A stretch of DNA of 55,986 nucleotides, filler included, from Sphacelaria rigidula (GCA_964200075.2; 4 parts of 4 records of this genome joined end to end with filler, not necessarily neighbours in it), one strand, 5' to 3'. Shown: positions 1-11,328, numbered from the whole stretch's first letter. Notes: a model not told the origin generated them from the letters alone. Program-made: numbers and translations.

Positions 1-427
1 TGCAGACCGCACGTGCAGCCGCGGCACGACACACCACAGACTGCACAGCAAAAATATGAAGCGTAATAATCAGGTGGTCGACAACCACACCACCGTCTGT
101 GTTATGACGCAACTGTGTACCTCTATGCACTCCCAGTCCCTTTCGCCGTAGAGTAGACGTTTTGAGTTGTGACAAGAGAACGATTCTGAACTCAAAAAGT
201 GGAGTGTCTCCCTCAGTCTGCCAGCGGGGGGGTCGCTGTCTAAGGGTCAAGGAGGTCGGGGGGCGTGAGGTCGTCCATATTAAATTCGTTGATCATGACT
301 TTGGGTCAGGGAAAGCACTGTTTTCGAGTTGAACCTCACCCAAATGTTGAACCTCAAAAACGGATCCAGGCTGTTATGATCAAAGTCACCCTCACTCAGT
401 GCTCTACTCTCAATCCCACGAAAACGT

Positions 428-1512
428 TGTTACATTTACCTGTGGTAAAACGTGGGGGAGGGTGTCTTCAAGTATACTGCTTTCAGGGAGCGGGGAGGAA
501 AAGAAAAATTCGCGCGCATGACGTGTTTTGTAGTGATACTCGCATCGCATCAATATTTTTTCTCGTCAGTCACATCCACAACGCGACATGATATACACGG
601 AGTCATGTATAATATGAGCTGCTAATATTCAACAAGGAGCTCTATCTACACGTGAGTGCAATCTGGGTACTACTGTACTTTTGTTTTTTTGTTTGCCAGA
701 CAGGTTTGAGGCATACATGTTTCATATATGGGAGTGCTTCGAAGTAAAATACAGCGAGCGAGAAACACGGGATATCACAAATTGGGGATGGATCTTTTAT
801 TGGGAATGAGAAACGCGGAGAATGAAAATCTTCGTATCCACACCAAATTTTCGAAGTATGGTTCCATTTCTTTACCTACTGATAGCTTTTGACAACTACT
901 ACACGTCATAGCAATTTGGATCTCGATAACCGAAATGTTGGAGTCCTGGGTAAAAAAACAATTTCGAGGAATTTCGGGTGTCCGAACGGACGCCGAAATG
1001 GTTCCGATATTGGTTTTTCACCTGCGACCCCAACATTTCGGTTATCGAGATCCAAATTGCTATGACGTGTAGTAGTTGTCAAAAGCGATCAGTAGGTGAA
1101 GAAATAGAACCATATTTCGAAGATTTGGTGTGGATACGAAGATTTTCATTCTCCGGGTTTCTCATCCCCAATTTGTAAATACCCGTGTTGGTAGTACAGG
1201 AAGACGGGGTGCTTGAGTACCGATGCAGCAGGTTGAGCTAAAGTATTGAACGCAGGACTGCTGTGCTGCTGCTGTGGGCTTGCGTATGCGTGCTCGTGTG
1301 CTCTGTATTGTTACACGACAAACTTCAGCCGATTTTTGGTTTGTGTGCTGCTTAAATTTTACCTGAAAAAAGCAACTGATCAAGTCAGTTTATTTCATTG
1401 ACGCGTTGTTGATTGGTTGAATAAATCAATTAATCATTATCAAATCAAGCCAATTTGGAAGAAAAAATCAAGTGTCAAATCAACCCCTAAAAATAGTTGC
1501 TATACAACCCTA
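428..1512. mobile_element. Truncated hAT non-autonomous element, inverted copy of the left part of 2227-4603
   Basis: Reverse complement aligns to ~2227-3455. Ends in TAGTTGCTATACAACCCTA (1494-1512), the same TIR as at 2227 and 4603. Interrupted by a foldback at 764-1189. Confidence 0.8.
764..1189. mobile_element. Fully palindromic (foldback) MITE
   Basis: AACACGGG...CCCGTGTT ends; arms of ~210 bp are near-perfect reverse complements around GTCCG-AA-CGGAC (centre 985-986). Absent from the homologous site in the sister hAT copy (~2530-2550). Confidence 0.85.
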
Positions 1513-1826
1513 TGTGTAATGCTGCAGACAAAGACACAACAGGGCAACACAACACCTACACACCCAGCCCCGAAAAAATACGCAGACACCCACCACTCAC
1601 GCGTTTTAGTTTCACCGCTAGGCCTTGCTAATCGACACGCGGCAGTATTTGTTTGACAGAAATCCGCTCCGTATTGAACGAATGGCGGCCGCATGCGTGT
1701 CGAAAACAACCGAAAACGTGTCGTTCCTGACCGTTTTGTAAGCGTGTGCTGTACGCGCGTCTCACACAAATCATCTCTCAATGAATTCTGAACAGATTCG
1801 AGTAGGGTCACGCACAACGTGCACAG

Positions 1827-1916
1827 CTGATGAGCAGCTAGGGCCCGAGCTGTGCGTTTTGGTTTGCGGGGCCACCAAGTTTCTCAGGTTCAGCTCTGAT
1901 TGCGTGAGGCTGTGTG
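1827..1916 (+). other. Candidate exon, product unknown
   Basis: CACAG acceptor and GTGAG donor, 90 nt open frame (ADEQLGPELCVLVCGATKFLRFSSDCVRLC). Phase is compatible with candidate exon 4671-4767. No recognisable domain. Confidence 0.25.
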
Positions 1917-2581
1917 GTGAGCCTTTGCATGTGCCCCTGTCAACCGGACACTTATGTTCCCCTTCGAGGTGTCCGGAAATTCCCTCTGGAGAGGGGATTT
2001 TGAAAAAGGGGATTATCCCCTTCGTGAAGAAGGACCCTTACTGGAAAACGATCCCTAAAACCCTCCCCCCCATCTGTGTACTTGAAGTACGACTTTCGAA
2101 ATACCCCGCAATTGAGTATACTCTACTCGACCTGCCCTTGCAATTGTGAAGCTTTTGGTTTGTTGATGTTCTACGGATCTATCGTACAAGCTGGGCCAGC
2201 CGAGAAGCACATTTGTAGTTAGCAGGTAGGGTTGTATATCAACTATTTTTAGGGGTTGATTTGATACTTGATTTTTTCTTCCAAGTTGGCTTGATTTAAT
2301 CAGCTAATCAACAACACGTCAATTAAATCAACTAACTTGATTAGTTGATATTATTATATGTTTTCGGTAGAATTTAAGCAGCACACAAGCCAAAAATCTA
2401 CTCAATTTTGTCGTGTAACAATGTAGAGCACAAGAGCACGCATACGCGAGCCCACAGCAGCAGCACAGCAGTCTTGTGTTCAATATTTTAGCTCAACCTG
2501 CCGCATCGGTACTCAAGTGCCCCGTCTTCCTGCACTACCGCTGTATTTTACTTCGAAGCACTCTCAAATATGAAACATGTA

Positions 2582-3122
2582 CAGTAATGGACGGTCTAAC
2601 TTTCATTTTGTGGCATTTTCTTTTTCGTAATGGGCGAGTTTCTTGGGCTCTTTTCGCGTGCCACCGTTATCATATTGAAGATCTGAAGATATTTGTATCC
2701 GCTCTACATTCCAAGAGAAGAAAATGATCTGTACTCAATATTGAGTCACTTGCGGGTTGACCGGTTATCGGGGGTCCTGCCACGTTTCAGCCCAGATTCT
2801 TTCTCTTCGGTATTTTTGGTCAATCGAGCCTGTCCCGATCATATTTGTGAAGAAATGTACACTTTTGGGGTTTTATTATACCTAATCATTACACTAGAGC
2901 CGAAAAACTGTGCTATACTGTCAATAACACCGTCCTGATGAACGGGGTATTTACTCGCATCGCCCGATAACACCAACTAACACCGACTTGGACACTGTGT
3001 TTCAAGGATGATTTGTTTGTTGTATCAAAATCTACCAACGCTAGCAATTTCGAGTTCTATCGAAGGGTAGTACGCGAGGAAAAGCCCCAAACACCCCTGA
3101 ATAGTTAGACCGCACACTACTG
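2582..3122. mobile_element. Tc1/mariner-type MITE nested in the hAT element
   Basis: CAGTAATGGACGGTCTAACT...AGTTAGACCGCACACTACTG with TA on both sides (2580-2581, 3123-3124). The sister copy shows the empty site GAAACATG-TA-TGCCTC (reverse complement, ~708-724). Confidence 0.85.
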
Positions 3123-3589
3123 TACGCCTCAAACCTGTCTGGCAGAAAAAACGAAAGCAGCACCCAGATTGCACTCGCGTGTACAAAAACCTCCTTGTTC
3201 AATACTAGCAGTTCATATTATAGATTACTCCGTATATATGATTGCGCGTTGTGGATGTGGCTGACGAGAAAAATATTGATGCGAAGCGAATATCACTACA
3301 AAACACGTCAAGCTATGCATGGTGTACTATGCTGCGATGCAACAGCCTTTACCCATACGACATGCACGCGAATTTTCCTTTCCCTCCCCGGTTCCTGAAA
3401 GCAGTACTTAAAGACACCCTTCCCCACTACAGTACCACAGGTAAATATGTGAACAGCAGTAGTAGTCCATTTTCCAGACAGACCCAGCAGTAAGTCATAT
3501 CTATCAGAGGTCATGTTTCATGTCTTCGTTAGAAACACGATATCTGCTACCCGATCCCCACTGAGGCGGTTTCGGGTCGTCGTTACCAC

Positions 3590-4100
3590 AAGACCGCCTA
3601 TAGAGGATACGCGTTCGCACGCAGGAGATGGCACACGCGGCCATTTGACTACCTCCAAAATTCCTCCAGGTGGGTAAACTTTTCGAGCCTCCGGAGGGGT
3701 GCGCGACCCTCCAAGATTTTTTGGTTTTCTCCAGAGTGATCAAACGCCTCCGGAGGGGTGCGCGGCTCTTCGGGTCGGTAGAGTTTGATTTCCTCCAGAG
3801 GAATTGAAGGCCTCCGGAGGCTTGGTTTTCCCCTGGAGGGCCGCGCATCGCTCCGGAGGCATTTTGGGGTGTAGCCAAATGGCCGCGTGTGGAGGCTCGT
3901 ACTGCAAGGTACTTGCGGGCTAGGATGGTGACGTGGGGATACACCCGCTGTGCCTTTGCCCACCATCCAAGAGCATCGCCCTCCTTGGCCACGTCTTCCT
4001 CGGACACGATCTCATCTTTGTAAAGTCCCCATTCTGTGAGTGTTTGATCCTTCGACACAGCCAATCTCGGCTTCTTCCTCGGTAGGACAGGGGAACTTCC
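3590..4100 (-). pseudogene. hAT transposase C-terminal dimerisation domain remnant
   Basis: Translation DALGWWAKAQRVYPHVTILARKYLAVRAS, continuing SPACERVSSIGG after a MITE insertion, matches the hAT-C consensus WW...YP.L..LAR.YL..PA.S...ER.FS. Confidence 0.85.
3632..3891. mobile_element. CAC-terminal MITE (CACTA/CMC-like) inside the hAT transposase remnant
   Basis: TIR CACACGCGGCCATTTG / CAAATGGCCGCGTGTG; internal repeats of the palindrome CCTCCGGAGG and variants. Confidence 0.8.
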
Positions 4101-4670
4101 GTCCTCGATATTGGCAGCGTCGGCTGTATGATCTTCACCGCCGGTGTTGCCCTGGTGCTCGAGAGGGCTGTCCGGGGTGTCCTTATTGCCTACAGCACGT
4201 GCTTTGCCCTTGCCCGCGCTCCTCATTGTGTCAAGTTCCGTGTGACCCTCAGTATGCTGCTAGAGAGTGGTGCTACGTGGCGTGCGGTATGCTGTGATGT
4301 GTGCTGCTATGTGTTCGTCGTTGCTAGCGTCTTTTCGGGAGTAGAGAGTCGATGAATAGACATATCCGTCGACCAATGGTTGCGCCGCAGGCAAAAAAAA
4401 CGTTACACGACGCAAATGCTTCTTTTCTTCCTGGAAAAAATCAACTAATCATGATTAAATCAAGTTATATCGACTTGATTGATTTAAGTTGATTAATTGA
4501 TTTAATCAACTAATCAGTGACGTGTTGATGTGATTGTTGATTTAAATCAAATCAACTTTTAAATCAAAATCAACCGTGATTTAGTAGTTGATATACAACC
4601 CTACTGGCAATGCGGAAGTGCTGATTTTGAGGTGCTGTTTTTTTAACGACATATGGTTGATTGTTTGCAG

Positions 4671-4767
4671 CTCTCCCGCAGCACGGTTTTGCCCAAGGAT
4701 TATTTTCTAGACCCGCTCAACTGCCGGTGATTCGCGCAAATATCGCACCTCAATCCTTCCACGTGTG
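4671..4767 (+). other. Candidate exon, product unknown
   Basis: TTGTTTGCAG acceptor, GTGAG donor, one open frame (LPQHGFAQGLFSRPAQLPVIRANIAPQSFHV). Confidence 0.25.
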
Positions 4768-4830
4768 GTGAGGGGATTTCTGTGTGTTCGGTCATACTAC
4801 TTTGTTTGTTTCTGTGGTGTGGCTTAGCAT

Positions 4831-5174
4831 CAGTGTTGAAAATCGAACGGAAAAAAAAGTTCGATAAGATTTTTTAAATGTTGACGAAAAAACGTTGATA
4901 TCGATATTTTTATCGATACTCGGAAAATGGCCCAACACCCGGTTTTCCGGGTTTCTCGGCCTTTTTTGCTGTCTTTGAAGGGTAATTTTTTCTTGAAAAG
5001 GGGGCACCGATGGTGTGAATGCACTACTCCCTCCCTTTTTTCAGCAGGTGGGTCCCCCGAGAGAGCCAGTTTGCGTATCGAAAGTATCGGCTTACCAGCT
5101 CGCGATTCCGACACTGAGAATTGCCGAAGATCTCGATCGATACTCGATATTTCGATACATGATTTTCAACACTG
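4831..5174. mobile_element. hAT-type MITE
   Basis: TIR CAGTGTTGAAAATC / GATTTTCAACACTG; 8-bp TSD CTTAGCAT (4823-4830) / CTTAGCAC (5175-5182); repeated TCGATA subterminal motifs. Confidence 0.9.
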
Positions 5175-5892
5175 CTTAGCACGCTTGCCAAGTGTTTGGC
5201 GGGTACGACCTCCGGGCTGCAGCACAACATTACAATACTCCGGTGTGGTGTGTCACCACTATAAAATTGTGCCCCACGGGACTCCGTATAAACAGTAGAA
5301 TCTACAGGAGGTGCTGATTTTTGCTGGTGCATTAACTTGAACGCATTTGACCTGTCGCATCCCCTCGTTGGATATAACTAATCCGACCGCACCGCGGCGA
5401 CATTTTTTATGCGAGCATGACGTATGTCGGTGGAATTCTGTGACCTGCGGCCGTAAAAATGGTTGTTGTCGGTAGTTTCTTGTACCATTATTTCTTCCTT
5501 GCTAGCGCTTGAAATAATGAGGCGTCTGGACCGGGGACGGGAGGGGGGGGGTTCCCAAAGGGTTGATGTCGTGACTGTCGCTCTTTTCGAGACACTCGTG
5601 GTTGAGAAGAAATACGAATTAGCATTTAACAATCAATCCGTCACCCGGGGGTCAATATGTTCTGCACACTTGGGCGTAGTCTACGCACTATGGGCCTGTA
5701 TTAGGCCCATAATATCGAAACAGTACTGCTTTTTCGGAGATCTCAAATTTTTCGCGCTTCTCGGACCTTGCGTTCAGACTTGTCCGGAAACAAGGTGGCT
5801 TGATTTTGTCTCCGAAGCTTCACTTCTGGAAAAGTCCGACAAATTCGGACACGGAGAGCTGCCCTGTATACTCTGCTGCGTACCGTACTCAG

Positions 5893-6143
5893 GCGCTTCA
5901 TGAAGCTTGCGCGAACGGACATCGGGATGTAGTGGCACAGCTTTTGCAATTCGGAGCAGACCCGCACAGAGGCACCTACCTAGGAGGAGACACGGCGCTT
6001 CACTTAGCGGTCAGTTCCGGGCAGCGACCACTGGTTGTCCTACTTCTGCGATACGGGTGCGATCCGAACCTACCCAACAACTTCGGGGGAACCTGCTTTC
6101 ATTACGCGGGCGCAATCCCAGCTGTTGTTAAGCTCCTTCTCAG
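5893..6143 (+). CDS. Ankyrin-repeat protein, internal exon
   Basis: CTCAG acceptor, GTAGGT donor (phase 2). ALHEACANGHRDVVAQLLQFGADP...GDTALHLAVSSGQRPLVVLLLRYGCDPN...GTCFHYA are ankyrin repeats. Confidence 0.9.
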
Positions 6144-6269
6144 GTAGGTGGACGCATACTACGTGTACCAGCAGCTTTACCCCCGCTGCATGTGCAGATC
6201 GGTGAGATGGAATGATGTTGGTACACCAGCCATCAATCGTGAAGCCCTGTCCGAATCGCGATCTCATGG

Positions 6270-6309
6270 TTTCTCGATTTCTCGATTTCTCGATTTCTCG
6301 ATTTCTCGA
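6270..6309. repeat. Tandem 8-mer (TTTCTCGA)x5
   Basis: Read directly; probably a subterminal array of a decayed TIR element (CAGGGCTTCACGATT-like motif in reverse at 6235-6249). Confidence 0.8.
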
Positions 6310-7042
6310 ATTAATCATCATTTTGCGGTCGCAAACCGCCAACGCTTGGCGGTAAGCGTTATTTTCCCAGTCTGAGAACGTGAAAGCATTCACCATCGTG
6401 CTCATCAAGGGTGTTGTCAGAGGACAAGGTAAAGTAACACCAGCATTCCTCAGAAGAAGAGTACCGCCGGCGGGCGTACCGCGCGTACAGCAGCACATTC
6501 CCAGGTGGTGCGTTATGGCGATGGCGAAGTCTGGCCCCCACATGAATAGACGCCAGCATCAGCACCACGCCCCACCATTGAGGGTACTGCAGTGTGCTTT
6601 CAGGGTGCCCCCTTCTCAGTTGCGCCGCATGAAACTGCCGAAGACAAGAAAGAGTGAAATCGGGGAATACTTCTCTAAATGGCGCCAACATTTTCACAGA
6701 CAAGAGTGTCCGTGCCAGAAGAAAGTTGCACCCTTTATTGATGTTGCTTGATTGTTTGTTTGGTAGATTGTTTGAATTATTGATCGATTGTCGCACATTA
6801 TTTCACTCACAACGAATCCGGTCGCGGTCGCAAGATAGCTGCAACCGGGATGAATAAAACCGCGACATTCGCTAGATGATCCTCGAGAAAGAATAAGGGT
6901 CTCAACAAGGGGCAAAATCGCACAGCTGTCAAGAAAAGCTGCCTTCCGTTCACAGCTTCCACTTCGATTGCAGAAGAAAAAAGTGAATTCATTTCTTCGA
7001 TTTCTCGATGACCAACGGCATCGTACCAGCGTGAGAGGGGGA

Positions 7043-7089
<47 letters not shown>
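7043..7089. repeat. (GC)n abutting (GA)n microsatellite
   Basis: GCGCGCGCGC followed by ~18 GA units. Confidence 0.95.
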
Positions 7090-7091
<2 letters not shown>

Positions 7092-7426
7092 GCCCGACAA
7101 TCACTCCGCACTTGCCAAGCATCAGTTGAATGTTATCACACGCTTTCACCCGAATATGTGACTCGAAATGTTTATTTCCTGTTCTATCCCGATTGAGTTC
7201 AACTGCTACATACATCAAGTGCAAGTAGTATACCCAACTACTGCTGTGGTGCAGGAAAATCGGAACGCCTGTCAATTCGTGACCAAACTCACTTCTGCTT
7301 CAAAAAAGTATTTCAAGCCTTCGACCGCCCAGGAGATATGCTTCAGATGTCCACCTGGGGGGGCGCAATGGGTCAGCCTCGTGACCGCGACTCCTCAAGA
7401 TTGCCCAAAATGCCTATGGCTACTTT

Positions 7427-8145
7427 CAGGGCTTTTCAGGGCAGGGAAATCTCACGGGATATTCGTCAGGACGGGGCTGTTCATTCCGCCCCGTCCCGAC
7501 GAACTTTTCAGGGACACAATTCTCGTCCCGTCTCGATGTATACCCAAATATGCCGTCCTGACCATTAGCTTACCAGGCGATAGGAAACGTCCCCGTCCCG
7601 TCCCGTCGTTGTCCAAGCAACAGGAAAGGTACCCGTCCCGTGCAGAGCCGCATCTCCTGTCCTATCCTGTCACCTCGTTTTTAGGCGACGGGGAAGACTC
7701 ATGTCTCGTCCCGCCCTCATCTTTGTTTTTTCAGTTTCCACTGCGTTTTTACGGGACGTCTCGGACCTTTTCCGGTCGTAGGTTACGACCCATCCTGTGA
7801 ACGGGGCGGGATTCGTGCCTGGCGGTAGGTGCTTCATGGACAAACTGCACCTTGTTTTGGGGACTTACGGTTTGCAACGCTCATTCATCGTGCAGCAGAG
7901 TGGCGACACGAATAGGCACAATCATGAGGAGTACATGCAAGTCATGACCGGAGACGTGGGCGAAACCAAGAGGCCAAGCTCGGGTTGTCTGACGACGCGA
8001 AGGGATATCACGGGACGAGGTTCGTATTTCCCGTGAAAGCAGGAGCGGACGGAACGAGTTCTCGCGGGACGAGGCTCGTTTGTCGCGTAAGCATGTGACG
8101 GGACGGGTTACCCCGTCCCGTCGCCGTTTCAGGCAACGGGAAAAG
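7427..8145. mobile_element. Decayed TIR element with CCCGTC/GACGGG motif arrays
   Basis: Starts CAGGGCTTTTCA; left part is rich in CCCGTC, right part in GACGGG/GGGACG. Right end and TSD not resolved. Confidence 0.5.
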
Positions 8146-9861
8146 TATGCGTCCTGTTCCGGCATTGTTTCACGCAAGGTGCAAGGTGCTCATTCTGTCC
8201 GGACGAAGCTCGGGGGGCGCACTTGCCGTTTCGTGCCGTGAGTTGGTCTCGTTGACTTGGGGCACGGAACTATTGATCATGAGTTGACGTACCTCGCCTG
8301 TAAATATGAACTCCGGACTGTTGAGCCATTGGCATGGAAATTAATGCAGGGGAACTGCAGATGGGTTTTGAGTCAAGCAACGAAATGTTTGCACGTTTTC
8401 ACCTAGCCGTCTTCGCGGGTTGAATTGCTTCATGCCTTGCTTGTGGTCTTTGCTGGCTACCACTACAGCTGTGATTCACGCAAAAAGTATACTCTACACA
8501 CAGTTTTGCAACCTGGATATTTTCGGGGTAATACTGCCGCACCTCAAGCATGCTTTGATGTTTCACTACATGTCACATTGTCTCAACTGCTCTACTGCGC
8601 GGCAGTGCTGCCAAACCGTACATGAAACATTTTTTTCGACAGCGGCTGAAATCGACAGTACAAAATATTCAATGTGTCATTGCTTTTCCTACAGATATTC
8701 AACGCTATTCGTGTACGACATCCTCTTCGTGTTTTACAACAGCAGTGTGTAGCTATCTTGCCGACACAAGAGAGGGCAGGCAAGCCGCATATACTGTGCA
8801 AAGAGCACAAAACCCCCTTCCCCCGTGTGCTCTTGCACGTTGCATGGTCTTTGCAGAAATTGTCAACACACCTTGGTGACCAAGTGGGTGATGTTGAGCG
8901 ATTTGCAGGGGGGCGCAATGGGTCATTCACCCAATCGACACTGTCGAAATGGTAACTACATTCCCTTCAAGCCTGTGGCCAATCCTGGATATTCCCTGAT
9001 AACACGGATGTGTGATACAGGACGCTTTCCCCCATAACCAGAGGACCCACACGCCCTCCCGCCGCCCCTCAAACAGCGTGCCCTGCCCCAGGACAACCTC
9101 CTGCACGGTCAGTCGAGGATACCGCTTCAAGGCGAAGCTGGTGGTCAAAAGTTTGGCTCTCCGATCGGAGGACCTCTACATAATGACTGATAGTGTCTGC
9201 TGTGTTCTCGGTTTGGAGTTATTGTCCGTGTAATAGTTTAAGCGCCTGATCGCTGAGAGGATGATTCGGGCAAGCGTAGCGAGCATATATATTATTCAAA
9301 GCAAGGCCTTTATCTGGTTCAAACTGACGATAATGACTGTCTCCCGGCCACGTCGCACTTTTTCGTCTTCCTGGCGACCGGTAGGCTGCCCAGGCACACC
9401 AAGAGGACCTGTTTTTGCGCAGTCTTCGCCGCTTTCCCCTCGTGGTTGTCGAGGTTGTTCCACCGACCGAACATGTCACGGAATAGAAGCGCACCTTACC
9501 CTAATGCGACCGCAATGCAACATCATAACAACGAGCAATAGAACTGGACCTTCAGAGGAACCGCTACTCTGAGCTGAGGCCTCGCGGTCACGTGACTAAA
9601 CCGTTAAGACACCGAAGCTCATAGCGACCGAATACGTCTCTTGGTCCCTGGTCGTTGATGCGTATTATTCCGGCTTGCCGGTTATGCTATGAGGAAAGAT
9701 CCAATGCGCAGCGTTCTTCACTGGCGCCAGTAGCTCAGCACAAGAGCCTCCACCCTGACAATAGAGGATGAAATGGCAGCATCCTCCGGACAACAGTCTA
9801 ACATAGTTCGATTGCTGACGAAAAAATCGATCCAAGCCTCACCGTTCTCGAATATGTAAAG

Positions 9862-10030
9862 GTACGGGGCTAAGGCGAACATACGGGATAGATCTGGCAA
9901 AACCCCGTGGGATTGCGTCCACGAAGGATGTCCGCAAAACAGGGATCTCAACAGGATGATGAAACAGGCGTACGAGTTCGAGGAGAAGAAGCTTCTAAAT
10001 GTGAGGAAGAGATGGTCGCACACAGCGAAG
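9862..10030 (+). CDS. Ankyrin-repeat protein, next exon
   Basis: AAG acceptor, GTAATG donor. The phase-2 join with 6143 gives KLLLR-YGAKANIRDRSGKTPWDCV, completing an ankyrin repeat. Confidence 0.85.
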
Positions 10031-10154
10031 GTAATGAGAGCTGATGTTTTGGGCACAAGCGTCGGTATTTGTTGGTGTAACCATCGGTAATATGCTTTTC
10101 ATGCTGGGCGTTTTGCACTTGGCGTTTGACACTGGGCTTTGAACACTGGGTCGT

Positions 10155-10540
10155 TAGGACTCATGCTACGATAGGAGGGGGGGGGGGGGGGGGGATTCCA
10201 CGAAAAAAAAAAAATAAGGGGGGGGGGGGAGGACCCACAACACACGGGGGGGGCTTGTGGAAGGGGGGGNNNNNNNNNNGACATTGCGCGTTGGACTCGG
10301 CTCTTTAAACAGGGGGTGTTGGGGACTCACTAAACGAGGGGGGGGGGGGGGGGGTGATTCCACGAAAAAAACAAACTCATGGGTGTGTCAGACGACCTAC
10401 CACACTCGCGGTGCGCTTGTTGAAAGCGGCGTCAAGCAGCACGAGTGAGCGCTATTCATCGGTAAGAAGCTCGTTCGAACAACCATCGCTGCTTTCAACG
10501 ACGATGTGAAGTGGAATTGCGATAAACAAGGCCACCCCCT

Positions 10541-10571
<31 letters not shown>

Positions 10572-10657
10572 CCCCCCACCTCGGCCCGCCACGCGGGGGG
10601 GCCGGGGTGGCCGGTGGCCGGCGGTGTGGGGTTCCCCAAATCGTAGCATGACTCCTA
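10155..10657. mobile_element. TIR element with poly-G/poly-C subterminal tracts
   Basis: TAGGACTCATGCTACGAT...ATCGTAGCATGACTCCTA. A homologous copy in opposite orientation lies at ~33746-34065. No TSD; contains a 10-N gap. Confidence 0.7.
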
Positions 10658-10880
10658 GTCAGGGCAGCGCGTGGAAGTTCGCAGAGATGCGCGATGTGCC
10701 GCTGTGTTGACACCCAACAGGAGGTCGTGAGTCGGTCGAAAGATCAGATGATCCAGCTGCAATCATAAGAGAGCATCGGGACTTCTTGCCAAGTGTCCTC
10801 TCGGTGGTGTCATCTTGACGGATGAAGCATTCGCAGTCGCATGTATAATGAACGCCGCCGTCGGATATAAAGACTTCCAC

Positions 10881-11083
10881 GGGCAGGTCGAGTAGAGTAT
10901 ACTCAATTGCGGGATATTTTGAAAGTCGTACTTGAAGTACACAAATTGGGGGTAGGGCTTCAGGGATCGTTTCCCAGTTATGTTTTGGGTACGACTCTTA
11001 ACACTCTACCCTAATTTGGGTACCTCAAGTATAATACATCTTTCAAAATACCCCGCATGGAGTACAATCTACACGACCTGCCC
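10881..11083. mobile_element. PIF/Harbinger-like MITE
   Basis: GGGCAGGTCG...CGACCTGCCC with long imperfect arms and TTA on the right flank. A partial homolog lies at ~2041-2137. Confidence 0.7.
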
Positions 11084-11181
11084 TTAAAGCCTTTCCAACA
11101 CGGCAAATTCACGACGGCACGGTGACCACCGTTGTAAAAGCTGTGACCCCTTTGGCACTGTTTTGTTTTCTCCTGATCCAG

Positions 11182-11328
11182 AAGGATGGACTCGCAGAGA
11201 TTAGAGAAGAGGAGCATGCGCTTACAGCCAAAAAAAGGGAGAAGATGGCGATCGAAGAGTCGGAGCGAACCGGACATAGGTCCAAGGCAGCCATGGAGTA
11301 CATGTCGTGGCGCGAAAAGACCCGCTGA
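11182..11328 (+). CDS. Ankyrin-repeat protein, probable terminal exon (charged helical tail)
   Basis: Pyrimidine tract plus CCAG acceptor, phase 0 matches the previous donor; KDGLAEIREEEHALTAKKREK...WREKTR then TGA. Confidence 0.7.
   Translation, partial: KDGLAEIREEEHALTAKKREKMAIEESERTGHRSKAAMEYMSWREKTR

Larger units (their letters stand above)
2227..4603 (-). mobile_element. hAT DNA transposon, internally deleted
   Basis: TIRs TAGGGTTGTATATCAACTA (2227) and TAGTTGATATACAACCCTA (ends 4603); many AATCAA/TTGATT subterminal motifs; contains a hAT dimerisation-domain remnant. No convincing 8-bp TSD (TTAGCAGG vs CTGGCAAT). Confidence 0.85.

Noticed and set aside
1827..1860. Hammerhead ribozyme core (CTGATGA plus stem); similar at ~50738
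   Set aside because: No GAAA after stem II and no stems I/III could be formed.
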